A DNA stretch of 64,000 nucleotides from Methanothrix sp. (GTDB lineage Archaea > Halobacteriota > Methanosarcinia > Methanotrichales > Methanotrichaceae), in assembly GCA_963682135.1 (NCBI GenBank), contig OY821645.1:1056001-1120000 (forward strand). The letters are read 5' to 3'. Shown here in pieces: positions 21,345 through 33,700 of this stretch. The notes under the pieces are model-generated. The model searched no databases. It saw nothing but the letters and a program-made list of their open reading frames with translations, and had not been told where the DNA came from. How positions within the stretch are numbered: the first letter of the stretch is position 1; every line of letters begins with the position of its first letter. The translations under genes and the position numbers were made by a program.

Positions 21345-22574
21345 ATGAAAGAACTGGTTGATCAGATAAAAACTCGTCTCAGGGATCAGAAGATCGAGGT
21401 CTCTGATGAGGATATCGAGTCTCGTCTAAAGAAGCTCATCGTGGATTTTCGTGTTCCCGAGAGCGAAGCGAGAAGATCGGTTTTAAATTACTTCTTCAAA
21501 GAGCACGGCATAGTGCCTCAGGTCAGGGCCGGCTCGGATAAGGTCAAGATCGCCGATATCAAGGAGGCGGGCAAATGGGTGGATCTGGAGGTCAAGGTTC
21601 TGGATCTCTGGGAGCCGGCAGCCGAGACCATCTCTCAGACGGGACTATTGGGCGATGCGACCGGGTCCATCAAATTTGTGAAGTGGACCAAGTCTGATCT
21701 GCCCAATCTGGAGCTGGGCCGTAGCTATATCTTAAAAAAATTGGTCACGGATGAGTTTCAGGGCAGGTTTTCCGTAAAACTGAATCGCACCAGCCAGATC
21801 GAGCCGTTAGATGTCGATGTGGAGGCAAAGCCTGCTAGCAGAGCCCCGCAGCAAGTAACGGTGGCACAGATCAATGAGCCCGGCCTATGGGTTGACCTGA
21901 AGGTTAAGGTGGCACAGCTCTGGGAGACGAACAGCGAAGCCATCTCTCAGTCAGGATTGGTGGGCGACGAAACCGGAGCCATAAAATTTGTGAAGTGGAC
22001 TAAGGCTGATTTGCCGGATCTGGAGGATGGCAAGAGCTACCTTCTCAAGAACCTGGTAACAGATGAGTTTCAGGGCAGGTTTTCTGTAAAACTAAATCGC
22101 ACCAGCCAGATCGAACCGTTAGATGTCGATGTAGAGATAGGCTCCATCGCCGCAGAGTTTTCAGGTGCCCTGGTAGATGTGCAGAAGGGCTCCGGGCTGA
22201 TCAAACGTTGCCCGGTTTGCAAGCGCTCTCTGGCCAAGGGTGTCTGCAGCGAACATGGAAAGGTGGACGGCACTTATGATCTGCGCATTAAAGCCGTGCT
22301 GGACGACGGCCGCCGGGTTCAGGATCTGCTGGTCAATCGGGAGACCACGGAGAGGCTACTGAATCTCACATTAGAAGAGGCAAAGCAGATGGCCATGGAA
22401 GCGCTCGATCATGAGGTGGTGCACTCATTAATTGAGAGCAAACTGATGGGAAGATACTATTCCATAACAGGTCCGAGGATTGATCGCTATCTTCTTGTGG
22501 AAAGCATCAACGAAATCCCGCCGGTATCAGCGGCGCAGGTGGACGAGCTAATGGCTGCAATGGAGGTGGCATAA
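21345..22574 (+). CDS. Replication protein A (two OB folds plus Zn finger)
   Basis: Duplicated OB folds (GDATGSIKF / GDETGAIKF), CPVC...C.EHG, DLRIKAVLDDG. Confidence 0.9.
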   Translation: MKELVDQIKTRLRDQKIEVSDEDIESRLKKLIVDFRVPESEARRSVLNYFFKEHGIVPQVRAGSDKVKIADIKEAGKWVDLEVKVLDLWEPAAETISQTGLLGDATGSIKFVKWTKSDLPNLELGRSYILKKLVTDEFQGRFSVKLNRTSQIEPLDVDVEAKPASRAPQQVTVAQINEPGLWVDLKVKVAQLWETNSEAISQSGLVGDETGAIKFVKWTKADLPDLEDGKSYLLKNLVTDEFQGRFSVKLNRTSQIEPLDVDVEIGSIAAEFSGALVDVQKGSGLIKRCPVCKRSLAKGVCSEHGKVDGTYDLRIKAVLDDGRRVQDLLVNRETTERLLNLTLEEAKQMAMEALDHEVVHSLIESKLMGRYYSITGPRIDRYLLVESINEIPPVSAAQVDELMAAMEVA

Positions 22575-22576
22575 AA

Positions 22577-23437
22577 ATGGCAGGAATGGCAGGGTTTTCG
22601 CGAGAAGTGGCAAAGAGGATCTTCGCCGAGGAGCTGAAGAGTTCCAACTACTCTTTCCGTGACGGGGAGGATCAGCACCAATATGCACCTTCATATCTTC
22701 TTACCCCCACGGGGGCTAAATGCAATCGCGTTTTCGTAGTGGGCACCCTCACAGAGAAGGATGACATCGGCAGCGATACGGAGTACTGGCGGGGAAGAGT
22801 GGTAGATCCCACGGGAAGCATACTGATCTATGCCGGTCAGTACCAGCCTGAGGCGGCACAGATACTTGCCTGCATGGAGGCGCCCTCATATGTCGCCGTG
22901 GTAGGCAAGCCCAATCTCTACCAGACCGATGACGGAAATATCATCATATCTCTGCGTGCGGAGTCCATTTCGCGGGTGGATGAGAATACCAGAAACCAGT
23001 GGATAATTGACACCGCTCGCCGTACCTTGGAGAGACTGGATACCCTCAAGAATGCCAGCTCCATCCCGGCATCCAGCGATTTTACCACTGCTGATAATGT
23101 GCCTGCTTCCACTTCCTCGTCGACTCCCGCACAGGACGCCGATAAAGCTTTGCAGCATTATCAAACCGATATAGGTCACTTCCGAGAGATGGTCCTTCGC
23201 GCGCTTACCTCATTGAGGGCGGAACTGGTCAAGAGCGACGAACATTCGGAAACGATAGCTTCCAAGAGTGCAGTTGCCCAGGGCGTGAAGAAGACCGCAG
23301 CCGCTGCGCCAGCGTCGGCGGAAGAGATGCCTTCTTCCCGAAAAAACAAGCCCAAGAAGAGCGAGACTTTTGATGCCTGGCCGCAGTCTGGGGATGAGGA
23401 TGAGGTAGAGACCATTAACATCGGCAAGAAGAGCTGA
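22577..23437 (+). CDS. RPA-associated OB-fold protein
   Basis: REVAKRIFA.E, LLTPTGAKCNRVF, DPTG...YAGQYQPEA. Confidence 0.85.
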   Translation: MAGMAGFSREVAKRIFAEELKSSNYSFRDGEDQHQYAPSYLLTPTGAKCNRVFVVGTLTEKDDIGSDTEYWRGRVVDPTGSILIYAGQYQPEAAQILACMEAPSYVAVVGKPNLYQTDDGNIIISLRAESISRVDENTRNQWIIDTARRTLERLDTLKNASSIPASSDFTTADNVPASTSSSTPAQDADKALQHYQTDIGHFREMVLRALTSLRAELVKSDEHSETIASKSAVAQGVKKTAAAAPASAEEMPSSRKNKPKKSETFDAWPQSGDEDEVETINIGKKS

Positions 23438-23484
23438 AAAGTTTTAAATAATGTGTGGAGGCTCTACAACATGGGTGAATCAAT

Positions 23485-23715
23485 ATGGTAATTGGAGTAA
23501 CGATGGTAAAGGTGGTGCCAGGACAGGAGAAGACCGTCTACAATGCCTTGCAGGAGATAGACGGCATTAAGGATGTCTACCATGTCTTCGGCGAATTCGA
23601 CTTCGTAGTCATCATCGAGGTTGAGGGTCTGAGCATGTTGAATAAGCTTGTGGACGTTATCCGTGAGATCGATAACGTAACCGCTACCCAAACCGTAGTC
23701 GGGGCTGAACTTTAG
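23485..23715 (+). CDS. Stand-alone Lrp/AsnC ligand-binding domain protein
   Basis: VKVVPG.E...[10 protein letters not shown]; upstream of top6B. Confidence 0.85.
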   Translation: MVIGVTMVKVVPGQEKTVYNALQEIDGIKDVYHVFGEFDFVVIIEVEGLSMLNKLVDVIREIDNVTATQTVVGAEL

Positions 23716-23732
23716 CCCTTTTTCCCTTTTTT

Positions 23733-25568
23733 ATGGAAATTGCCGAGGAGCTGGCCAAGCAGCAAAAAGCCATCTCTGTAGCTGAATTTTTTGAGAAGAA
23801 TCGCCAGATCCTGGGATTCGACTCAGCGCCGCGAGCCCTCATTACCTGTGTGAAAGAGGCTGTAGACAATTCCCTGGATGCCTGTGAGGATGCCGGGATA
23901 CTGCCGGATATTTTTGTGCAGATAAAGAAGAGCGGCGAATACTATCAGGTTATTGTTGAGGATAACGGACCGGGCATTGTGCAAGAGGAGATCCCGCGCG
24001 TTTTCGCCAAATTGCTCTATGGATCGCGTTTTCATACTCTGCGCCAGAGCCGCGGCCAGCAGGGCATAGGCATATCTGCCGCGGTGCTTTATTCCCAGCT
24101 CACCAGCGGCAGGCCTACTAAGGTCATCTCCAAAATCGCTGCGAACAGACCGGCTCGTTACTGCGAGCTGCTGATAAATACAGCTAAAAACGAGCCTGAG
24201 ATTTTAAAATCAGAGGATATGGACTGGGAACGCCCCAGAGGCACGCGCGTGGAGCTGGAGATGGAGGGCACCTATGTGCGAGGTCGCCGCCAGTCGGTCT
24301 ACGGCTCGCTGAAGAGCACAGCCATTGTCAATCCCCATGCGCGCTTGACTCTGGTGGAGCCGGAGGGCAATGTAGAGGTCTTCGAGAGGGTCACAGAGAG
24401 TCTGCCCAAAAAAGCCTATGCCATTTCCCCTCATCCGGAAGGAATTGAGCTGGGCGAGCTGATCAAACTATTGCGCTACACTGACAAGAAGAAGATGCGC
24501 GTCTTCTTAAAAGAGACCTTCTCTTCCATAGGTGCAATCTCCGCTCAGGAGCTATGCAGCCGGGCGGACCTGGACCCGGAAGAGGCCCCTACCAACCTGG
24601 ATCACGATGCTGCAGCGCGCCTGCACCGTGCCTTCAAACAGATCAAGGTCAAGTCACCTCCTGTGGACTGCCTGTCACCCATAGGCGAGGAGCTGGTCAA
24701 GGCCGGATTGGAGAAGGAGTACAGGCTGGACTATATCGCCACCACAGTCCGGCCGGTATCAGTCTATTCGGGCAACCCCTTCCTGGTCGAGGTGGGACTG
24801 GGGTACGGAGGAGAGCTGGAGAAGGAGAGCCGCGTTGAACTCTTGCGCTTTGCCAATCGCGTTCCTCTTGTCTATCAGCAGGGTGCCTGTGCCATAACTC
24901 ACGCTGTGGAGAGCGTCTCTTGGAAGAACTATTCCCTGAGTCAACCCACGGGAAGCGGTGTGCCGGTCGGTCCGGTAGTGTTGCTGGTTCATATCGCCTC
25001 CACCAATATTCCGTTCACCTCGGAGAGCAAAGATGCGCTGGCCGATATGCCGGAGATTTTGACAGAGATTGATCTGGGGCTGAAAGAGGTAGCAAGAAAG
25101 CTGCGTCGTTACCTGGGCAGGCAGAGCCTTCTCTCGGAAAGACGTGAGAAGGAGGAGATCATAAGAAAGATCCTGCCGCGTATCGCCCAGAAGCTCTCCG
25201 ACGTTCTGGAAAAGGATCTGCCGGATATCGGGCCGGTAGTGGCCAAGATCATGGGCAATCTTCTCGTCTTGCGCAAGGTGGAGAGGAATAACGGACAGTT
25301 GTCCGTCAAAATCCTGGTAGAAAATCATAGCGAAGTGTTGCGTTCCTTTAAGCTGCATGAGGTGCTGGCAGTGCAGGCCGAGAGCGTCTCGCCTGCTGCT
25401 AGAGTTGTTCCTCTGGGTGAGAGTTATGATTATCACTGGAAGCTCGCAATTGCACCGGGCCAGGCTGCCACCCTCAGTTACAGCGTCACGGCAGAAGGCG
25501 TGGCCCTGAAAGAGCCGGTGATCGAGGGTCTGGATGCAGAAATTGTCACAGGGGCCAGGGTGATCTAG
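23733..25568 (+). CDS. top6B: DNA topoisomerase VI subunit B
   Basis: [36 protein letters not shown]. Confidence 0.97.
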   Translation: MEIAEELAKQQKAISVAEFFEKNRQILGFDSAPRALITCVKEAVDNSLDACEDAGILPDIFVQIKKSGEYYQVIVEDNGPGIVQEEIPRVFAKLLYGSRFHTLRQSRGQQGIGISAAVLYSQLTSGRPTKVISKIAANRPARYCELLINTAKNEPEILKSEDMDWERPRGTRVELEMEGTYVRGRRQSVYGSLKSTAIVNPHARLTLVEPEGNVEVFERVTESLPKKAYAISPHPEGIELGELIKLLRYTDKKKMRVFLKETFSSIGAISAQELCSRADLDPEEAPTNLDHDAAARLHRAFKQIKVKSPPVDCLSPIGEELVKAGLEKEYRLDYIATTVRPVSVYSGNPFLVEVGLGYGGELEKESRVELLRFANRVPLVYQQGACAITHAVESVSWKNYSLSQPTGSGVPVGPVVLLVHIASTNIPFTSESKDALADMPEILTEIDLGLKEVARKLRRYLGRQSLLSERREKEEIIRKILPRIAQKLSDVLEKDLPDIGPVVAKIMGNLLVLRKVERNNGQLSVKILVENHSEVLRSFKLHEVLAVQAESVSPAARVVPLGESYDYHWKLAIAPGQAATLSYSVTAEGVALKEPVIEGLDAEIVTGARVI

Positions 25569-25571
25569 CCA

Positions 25572-26684
25572 ATGGAAAAATCCGACGAGATTATAAAGAA
25601 AGCTGAAAAATCAAAAATAGCTCAGGAGAATCTGCTTATCCTTGCGGATACTCTTTACAACCAGTTTCAGCAGGGCATAGTGCCCCATATCTCCCTGCCC
25701 TCTCGAACCAAAGGAAACATAGAGTTTTCCACCAAGGAAGATGTCTGGATTTATGGAGACCAGGAGACGACACGCAGCGTCAAGACCGTGCGGGGAGCCA
25801 AGACACTGCTCAAGACGGTCCACCTGGCTGAGCTTCTCATCAAAGAGCATCTCAAAAACAATCGCGGCTCGACTTTGAGAGAGATCTATTACATCTCCGA
25901 GAACTGGGATATCGCCAAATTTCATGAGCAAGCGGAAAGTGACCGGCTGATCGAGGATCTGGAGATCGTTACCTCTCTGCACCGCGAGGACTTTCACGTC
26001 CGGCCGGAAGAGGATGGCGCAGCCGTCTTCGGGCCTCTGCGCCTCAAAGAGCAAACTCGACGCGGCGAGCGGGAGATGCACTGCCAGGAGGATGTGGGGG
26101 AGGCCGGCTACCAGATACCCTTCAATGTGGATAACATCGAATTTTTGAGCCATGATGCTAGAATGGTCATGGCCATTGAGACGGGCGGAATGTATGCCCG
26201 GCTGATCGAGAACGGCTTTGATGAGGAGTACAATGCCATTCTGGTTCATATCAAAGGCCAGCCGGCCCGGTCCACGCGCCGCATCATAAAAAGGCTGAAT
26301 GCGGAACTGAACATTCCGGTGGTGGTCTTTACGGATGGCGATCCCTGGTCCTATCGCATCTTTGCCAGCATAGCCTACGGAGCCATCAAGAGCGCTCACC
26401 TCTCCGAGCACCTGGTCACTCCCGGGGCGCGTTTCCTGGGGGTGCAGCCCAGCGACATCGTGGACTACAATCTCTCTACAGACAAGCTGACCGATAAGGA
26501 TCTACAGGCCCTGCGCAGCGAGCTGACCGACCCCCGGTTCAATACTCCTTACTGGGAAAAGCAGATCCGGCTGCAGCTGGACCTCAAGCAGAAAGCAGAG
26601 CAGCAGGCCTTTGCCGGCAAGGGCCTGGATTATGTGACCAAGACCTACCTGCCGGAGAGGCTCACTGAGATGGGGATAATTTGA
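25572..26684 (+). CDS. top6A: DNA topoisomerase VI subunit A
   Basis: [29 protein letters not shown]. Confidence 0.97.
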   Translation: MEKSDEIIKKAEKSKIAQENLLILADTLYNQFQQGIVPHISLPSRTKGNIEFSTKEDVWIYGDQETTRSVKTVRGAKTLLKTVHLAELLIKEHLKNNRGSTLREIYYISENWDIAKFHEQAESDRLIEDLEIVTSLHREDFHVRPEEDGAAVFGPLRLKEQTRRGEREMHCQEDVGEAGYQIPFNVDNIEFLSHDARMVMAIETGGMYARLIENGFDEEYNAILVHIKGQPARSTRRIIKRLNAELNIPVVVFTDGDPWSYRIFASIAYGAIKSAHLSEHLVTPGARFLGVQPSDIVDYNLSTDKLTDKDLQALRSELTDPRFNTPYWEKQIRLQLDLKQKAEQQAFAGKGLDYVTKTYLPERLTEMGII

Positions 26685-27490
26685 GTATAGTCATCGATTT
26701 TCACACACACATCTATCCGCAATGGGTGGCGGCCAAGATCCTGCCTGCGGCTAAAAGAAAGCTGAAGGTAGCAGTGCCCGGCACAGGCTCGCCGGAAGAT
26801 CTGCGTCGCATGATGCAAGCAGCAGGTATTGCCGGATCAGTGCTCCTGCCCCTGGCCAAAGGCAGGGAGGACGTCTCCAGCCTCAATGACTGGATCTTAT
26901 CCGTTTCTAGAGAGAACCATGAGCTGACAGCCTTTGGCGCTGTGCACCCCTTCATGCAAAACCTGGAGGCGGAGCTGGACCGGCTGGCAGCCTGGGGCGT
27001 TAAGGGAGTGAAGATGATGCCCCTCTTGCAGGAGGTCTATCCTGATGATCCGCGCTGTGGCCGGCTTTTCGAGGCATTGATAGAGAGAAAAATGATCCTG
27101 GTGGCTCATGCAGGCCGGGATCCATTGGACCGGCCCGAGGTCTTTGGCACGCCGGATCGCTTCGCCAGGACAATTGAATGCTATCCGGACCTCAGACTGG
27201 TGCTGGCTCATCTGGGGGGTCTGCGCATGTGGGATGATGTGCGCCGCTACCTGCTCTCCGCCGGCGGAAATGTCTATTTCGACACAGCTTACGTCTCCTT
27301 TTACATGGGACGGGACGAGATGGGGGAGTTGATAAGGGATATCGGGCCAGAGAGAGTCATATTTGGCAGTGATTACCCCTGGGAGGAGCCGGGAAGGGCG
27401 GCGGAGATCATTAAGGGCCTGGGACTCTGTGAGGCGGAAGAACAGGCAGTTCTCGGCAAAAATGCGGCCAAGCTCCTGGATGTTGGTTAG
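26681..27490 (+). CDS. Amidohydrolase family protein
   Basis: DFHTH, LAHLGG, FGSDYP. Confidence 0.88.
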   Translation: MSIVIDFHTHIYPQWVAAKILPAAKRKLKVAVPGTGSPEDLRRMMQAAGIAGSVLLPLAKGREDVSSLNDWILSVSRENHELTAFGAVHPFMQNLEAELDRLAAWGVKGVKMMPLLQEVYPDDPRCGRLFEALIERKMILVAHAGRDPLDRPEVFGTPDRFARTIECYPDLRLVLAHLGGLRMWDDVRRYLLSAGGNVYFDTAYVSFYMGRDEMGELIRDIGPERVIFGSDYPWEEPGRAAEIIKGLGLCEAEEQAVLGKNAAKLLDVG

Positions 27491-27565
27491 AGCTTACTGC
27501 TAACGCCTTGGACAAAAGAGATTGAGCCAAAGGTTTATACTTCTTTACAATAGATGTGCCGATCC

Positions 27566-27748
27566 ATGAAACACGATCTTCTTGACATTTTAGCCTGTCC
27601 GCTATGCAAGGGTGACCTCACTATCGAGGTGTTCGAAGAGAATGAGAAGGAGATAGTGACGGGAAAGCTCTGCTGTCAGGCCTGTAAGGAATGCTATCCC
27701 ATTGAAGACGGCATTCCCAATATGCTGCCGCCCGATCTGAGAGATTAG
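27566..27748 (+). CDS. Trm112-like methyltransferase activator
   Basis: LLDILACPLCK...C..C...YPIEDGIPNML. Confidence 0.9.
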   Translation: MKHDLLDILACPLCKGDLTIEVFEENEKEIVTGKLCCQACKECYPIEDGIPNMLPPDLRD

Positions 27749-27824
27749 TCTTCCCTGCAGTCTAACTCACTAGCAAAATATTTATATAATATTATGTGAT
27801 ATAGGATAAGGGGGAGCATCGGCA

Positions 27825-29132
27825 TTGGATCATGTTGTTCACATCAACAATGGCAGCGGGGCGGCTAAACCAATCGTCTTGCGTCTTCTTCCCGGCGAGG
27901 AGACCATATTCAATCTCAAAGTCCTCAATGACGGGGAGCCTTCTAACATCTCTTTGCTGGCCAGCAGCCCCGTCTTCAAGGCGGTGCGTTTGAAGAAGCC
28001 GGATCATTACGTGGTCCTTGAGGAGATCATACCCATACTTGCCAGGATGCCGGCCGACAAGAAGCGTCTGGATGGCGAGATTCTCCTTTCCAGCAGCGAC
28101 GGAGAAAGCCGGGTGCCCATTACTCTGCTGCGTGATTCGGAAGATCCGGGCGATGATCTGGAAGAGCCCGGTCTGCAGGGGGACGAGGAATTGAGGGACG
28201 ATGAAGCTTATGAAGATGATGAGGATGTCGATCTAACGGGTCGGCAGAGTTCCGGCAGGGACCGGGGTGATGCTGATGATGCCGATGATGACGATGATGA
28301 GTATGACTATGAAAGTGTCAAGCGAGTGAAGCGCAGCGATGAAGATGAGGATGAGGACGAGAGTGAAGAGACGGAGAAGGAACCGCGGCGCATAGCCTTC
28401 TCTCGCGACAAAGATCTGCAAAGATATCGGTCTGCTACCCGTCCGCAAAGAGCCGGCGGGATAGAAAGCCGCAGCGAGAAGCGCCTTCAAAAACCGGTAA
28501 AAGGCCGTTTAGATAAGGATCGCATAGACACTGATGATGATAACATCCGCATTGAAAATCGTTCTCGGGCTCGTATTGACGATCGTTTCGTAGACCCCGG
28601 CAATAGAGAGGACGATGGCCCGCGTTTTATTCCCCGGCAGCCACCTTCAGTGGAGCCGGAAGAATGGAAGGAAGTGCGAAATGAAGAGCGTACGCAGGAG
28701 TGGGCGGAAGAGGGACGGGAAGAGAGACGAGAAGAGAGAACGCAGGAAAGAATAAGGCCTGCTTCCGGCTATGAGGATCGCTACCATGGTTTTCGCCAGG
28801 GTTTTGACGGTGAGGCTGAGGCGCGAGCAGTTCCCACTTCTGACGCCGAGACTGCCGCCGAGAGACAGGAAAGGCTCCCTGAGGGGCCGGAGGCCTACGC
28901 CGAACAGGAGCAGGATGATGGGGCAGAGTCCATCTATCTGGACCGATTGGGCAGCTTTGGCGGCGTGGGCACACTCAAGGTCATCCCTGTAGTCCTATTT
29001 CTGGCGCTGGTTATCGTCCTGGTTATGACGTTTATTACGCAGAGCATTCCCGAGTTTCCCGGCGCTCTGGCATCGTCCATACTGATCGTCACCCTTATCA
29101 TATACGGAGCGGCTACGCTCCTCAAGGCGTGA
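27825..29132 (+). CDS. Hypothetical protein: N-terminal beta domain, long acidic/charged low-complexity linker, two C-terminal TM helices
   Basis: 435-aa ORF with D/E-rich middle and hydrophobic C-terminus. Confidence 0.75.
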   Translation: MDHVVHINNGSGAAKPIVLRLLPGEETIFNLKVLNDGEPSNISLLASSPVFKAVRLKKPDHYVVLEEIIPILARMPADKKRLDGEILLSSSDGESRVPITLLRDSEDPGDDLEEPGLQGDEELRDDEAYEDDEDVDLTGRQSSGRDRGDADDADDDDDEYDYESVKRVKRSDEDEDEDESEETEKEPRRIAFSRDKDLQRYRSATRPQRAGGIESRSEKRLQKPVKGRLDKDRIDTDDDNIRIENRSRARIDDRFVDPGNREDDGPRFIPRQPPSVEPEEWKEVRNEERTQEWAEEGREERREERTQERIRPASGYEDRYHGFRQGFDGEAEARAVPTSDAETAAERQERLPEGPEAYAEQEQDDGAESIYLDRLGSFGGVGTLKVIPVVLFLALVIVLVMTFITQSIPEFPGALASSILIVTLIIYGAATLLKA

Positions 29133-29142
29133 GATGTAATTT

Positions 29143-30744
29143 ATGAGATATATTGTGGTCACAGGCGGGGTTATGAGTGGGCTTGGCAAGGGCATTACTG
29201 CGGCGTCCATTGGCAGGCTGCTCATGAACAGAGGCTATAAGGTTACAGCTATCAAAATCGATCCTTACATCAACATCGATGCCGGGCTCATGAGTCCCTT
29301 TCAGCATGGGGAGGTTTATGTCCTCAAGGATGGGGGCGAGGTAGACCTGGATCTGGGCAACTACGAACGCTTTTTGGATGTAGAACTGACCCGCGACCAC
29401 AACATCACCACCGGCAAGGTTTACAGCACTGTCATTGAAAAAGAGCGCAGAGGCGAGTATCTGGGCAAGACTGTGCAGATCATCCCCCACATCACTGAGG
29501 AGATCAAGAGGCGCATTCGCCAGGTCTCCCGGGACGGGGGCTGCGAGATCTGTCTAATCGAGGTTGGCGGGACAGTAGGTGACATTGAGTCCATGCCTTT
29601 CCTGGAGGCCATGCGCCAGCTCAAGTATGAGGAGACGGGCAATATCTTCTTCGTTCACGTCACTCTGGCTCCTTCCACCATAGACGGCGAGCAGAAAACC
29701 AAGCCCACCCAGCACAGCGTGAAAGAGATGCGCCAGCTGGGTCTACAGCCCGACATGATAGTAGTACGCTGCGAGCATCCCCTCCTGGAGGAGACCAAGC
29801 ACAAGATAGCCCACTTCTGCGATGTGCCCATGGAGGCTGTGATCAGCGCCCACAATGCTGACGACATCTACCGCGTGCCTTTGCAGATGGAGGCAGAGGG
29901 CCTGGCCAGGTACCTCATGAAGGCCATGCGGCTCTTCCCCCTGGAAGAGAGGAAGGACTGGGATGAGTTCGTGCAGAAGATGGACGCCGTGGAGGGCGTG
30001 GTGAAGGTGGCCATTGTGGGCAAATACACCGTGGGCTCGCAGTGTGCCGACCCCATGGAGGATGCCTACCTCTCCATTCGAGAGTCCCTCAAGCACGCCG
30101 GAATTGAGGCAGGAGTGAAGACGGATGTGCAGTGGATTGATGCCGAGGAGCTGGAGCACGGCTCGGCTGACATCATCTTGCGAGAGGCGGACGGCATTCT
30201 GGTTCCGGGCGGCTTTGGCTCCCGCGGCACGGAGGGCAAGATTAAGGCAGTGCAGTATGCCAGGGAGATGAAGGTTCCCTACCTGGGGCTGTGCTTCGGC
30301 ATGCAATTGGCCGTGATCGAGTACGCCAGAAACGTCTGCGGTTTGCAGGGGGCGAGCAGCACTGAGTTCGGGGCCACGCCTAACCCAGTGATCGCTCTAT
30401 TGCCGGAGCAGGAGAAGATCAGGCACATGGGCGCCACCATGCGGCTGGGCAACTATCCGGCCCACCTCAAGGAAGGCAGCCTGGCGCACAGGATTTACGG
30501 CACGGATGAGATCGTGGAGAGGCACCGGCACCGCTACGAGGTCAATCCCGCTTACATCTCCCAGATTGAGGAGAAAGGCATGATCTTTTCAGGAACCAAC
30601 GGGGATCTGATGGAGATCTGCGAGATACCGGAGCATCCTTTCTTCTTTGCTTCGCAATTCCACCCGGAGATGAAGTCACGACCGGGCAAGCCGTCGCCGC
30701 CGTTTCTGGCTTTTGTGGAAGCGATGAAGGGGAAAGCGAAATAA
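29143..30744 (+). CDS. pyrG: CTP synthase
   Basis: [48 protein letters not shown]. Confidence 0.98.
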   Translation: MRYIVVTGGVMSGLGKGITAASIGRLLMNRGYKVTAIKIDPYINIDAGLMSPFQHGEVYVLKDGGEVDLDLGNYERFLDVELTRDHNITTGKVYSTVIEKERRGEYLGKTVQIIPHITEEIKRRIRQVSRDGGCEICLIEVGGTVGDIESMPFLEAMRQLKYEETGNIFFVHVTLAPSTIDGEQKTKPTQHSVKEMRQLGLQPDMIVVRCEHPLLEETKHKIAHFCDVPMEAVISAHNADDIYRVPLQMEAEGLARYLMKAMRLFPLEERKDWDEFVQKMDAVEGVVKVAIVGKYTVGSQCADPMEDAYLSIRESLKHAGIEAGVKTDVQWIDAEELEHGSADIILREADGILVPGGFGSRGTEGKIKAVQYAREMKVPYLGLCFGMQLAVIEYARNVCGLQGASSTEFGATPNPVIALLPEQEKIRHMGATMRLGNYPAHLKEGSLAHRIYGTDEIVERHRHRYEVNPAYISQIEEKGMIFSGTNGDLMEICEIPEHPFFFASQFHPEMKSRPGKPSPPFLAFVEAMKGKAK

Positions 30745-30788
30745 ATAATATTTTTACAATCTTTTATTGGAGGGAGGGATGCTAATTT

Positions 30789-33700
30789 ATGTGGACCGTC
30801 AGGGTTGAAGATGTTAAAAATATTGGCCGGACTCCTGGAGGGGATCATTTTACAGAATTTGTAAATTCTCTAATTCGTGGTTGGTCGCATTTGCACGGGT
30901 TGCCATGCTCAGAAATATTTGATAATCAACGCACCAATAAACAAGATGGTGGAGTTGATACCGAAGTTTGCAGATCGATTCTAAACGATCCTTTAGGATG
31001 GATGGGCAATCCAACCATTTGGCAGTATAAAGCCACAGATTCGAGCGAGGTCTCTGAAAGTAAATTGGTAACTGAAATTAAAAAGTGGTATGTTGTTGAA
31101 TGCATTAATCAAGGTTATGCTTATCGATTTTGCATATGTGATAGCATTCCTAGCTATATGAAGAAATCCTGGGAAGACATCTTGAACAGAGAAATTAAAA
31201 GAATAAATGCAAATGCGCCTAATGCTAAGGTTTTAACTGCTGAGGATTTGGCGCAATGGGCTAGTCGTCTACCCGCAATAAATCTGCGTTATTTCCATCC
31301 GAGAATAGCTACATTAGGTTTGCATTTCGAAGCATGGGGAAAAAGTATTACAGAAATCACTCCCGAGTTCGTAAGATATCCCGCAATAGATGGAATCATA
31401 AATGAGATCCAAAATCACGTCAATTTTGGGATAATCGCGCCAAATGTAGTGTTACCTGTATCCGGTCTATCGGGTGTTGGCAAAACTAGACTCGTCTATG
31501 AGAGTTTGCTATTGTGTGATGGTACTAAATCACTTGTAATTTTCACTAACGATGAGTATAAAGCCGTTGAAATAGCGATGACTATCTCAAACAATTCTAT
31601 GATAAATGCGATTCTTGTAGCAGACGAGTGCGGACTCAATGGACGTTTGAGATTAATCGATTTGCTGCGCGGTCACAAAGATAGAGTTCGGGTTATTACA
31701 ATAGATAATTCCGGAGTACGACCGGATACTGGTTCACCAGAATTATGGATCGAAAAAATGCCTCCCGAAATTGTGGACGAAATCTTAGTTAAGAACTATC
31801 CAGGTGTGCCTATTGGGCGGAGGAGAGCTTATACTGATTTGTCTAAGGGATTTGTTAGGTTTGCTGCGGATTTATGTCGAAATGATAATATGATTGCATC
31901 GTCTGGGTGCGTGGACCCTGCTCTACGCGATATCAGAGAATACCTTAGAAAAAGATTCTCTTCAGAAGAATTGAAAGTGATTCAAGCATTATCTTTGGTA
32001 AAGAAAATCGGGTATTTGGGCGATGTTTCCCATGAATTATCGGCATTATGCGAGACAGTTAACCTAGAACCTGAAAACTTCAAAGAAATCGCAACGCGGA
32101 TCCACAATGGTCCAGGATTTATTTCGAAAGCAGGAAGATATCTTTATGTAACACCAGAAATTATCGCGCAGACGGGATTTGATCTGGCATGGAACAATTG
32201 GATCAGTGATGATCCCGAAAGCTTTCTTAAAAAGTTGCCGAAAATACTACTTGAATCATTTTATTTGCGAACAAGGGAAAGCGCATCGGAGGTGGTCAGA
32301 ACCACAATTGGGGACTTCTTTCGAAAATGGTCATTCGAACTCAGACATAGCCAACTCAATTCGGTCGAAGCGGTCAATCGCCTAATAACTCTAATCGAAG
32401 TTGAACCTAGAATTTATTTGCCAGTCCTTCGAAACCTTATTGAACAATCAACACTAGAAGAACTCAAGAGTATAAGTGGGAAAAATAGGGATGGCAATTA
32501 CGGCCCAAGACGTTCCATTGTATGGCTGGCCGAGAGGATTGCAGCATTTCCTGAATACTTCGATGATGCCGAGAACATTTTGCTTAGATTGGGTTTAGCC
32601 GAATCGGAGAAAAATATAGGAAATAATGCAACCGCTATTTGGAGACAACTTTATAGGATCGCGTTGTCAGGCACTGCGGTACCCTTTTTGGCTCGATTAA
32701 ATCGACTTGAGCTGAGAATCTTATCATATGAAGATGAAACCTCTCATTTTGCTATTGGTGCGCTAGATGGAATACTAAATGATCATGCAATGCGTAGGGC
32801 AGGGCCTTCAATAGTCGCAGGAAAAATACCTCCCGAGGAGTACGTCCCAAATACTAATGATGAATATATCAAGTGTATATCTGAGACTTTTAAATTATTG
32901 CGTAGAATAATTAACCATGCTAGCATTCCGGATGACATAAAAAGGAGCGCTAAATATACGGTAGTAGATAATACAAGAACTTTACTTAATTTAGGTTTAG
33001 CGGACGAGTTACAGGTTACACTTTCTGAAAGAAATATTGATAACGACTTAAGAGCGAAATTGATTGAAAACATTGAAACGTTCTTGCACTTTGATATTAA
33101 AGCCAAATGGGGACGACCAGCACTTGCTGATGATTACGTAAAAAAAGTGGATATGTATCTTGCAAACCTAAAGCCGTCTGACGTTGGAGGACGAATTAGT
33201 ATTGTTGTAGGAACTTGCCGAGGTCATTACTCAATTTTGGGTAACGAAGATAAATTGGAATCGGAAGTAGAGTCGCTTGCCAAAGAATTCTTAGAGCACC
33301 CAGAAAACTTAAAGCAAGAGATTGAGACACTATTTTCCCCAGATGCTAAGAATGCCTCAAGCTTCGGCTACGGTCTTGGCAAATTAGATAAAAATGCTAT
33401 ATTTTTAGATTTCATAATTGAGTCGAGTATTAAATATAATTCCACAGAATTCGGCAGAGGATATCTGAGTGGTATTTTGGATTCATATCCGAGCCATGCG
33501 GATTTCATTAATAAAAAATTTGATGAAATCCAAATGGAATACCCCGTTTTAGCTTATGAATTATTCATGACGAGAATTGAATTAACTAATGCATTGGAAA
33601 GGGCACTTAAATTAGTCGATTTAGGAAAACTGGGACCCATCTACCTGGGTCGATTTATTTATGGTAAAGGGGAACACCAATTATCACAAAATAGTTTTAG

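Noticed and set aside
25566-25574. top6B TAG-CCA-ATG in frame with top6A (amber readthrough fusion)
   Set aside because: In-frame spacing arises by chance one time in three; both subunits are complete with normal ends; no pyrrolysine evidence here.
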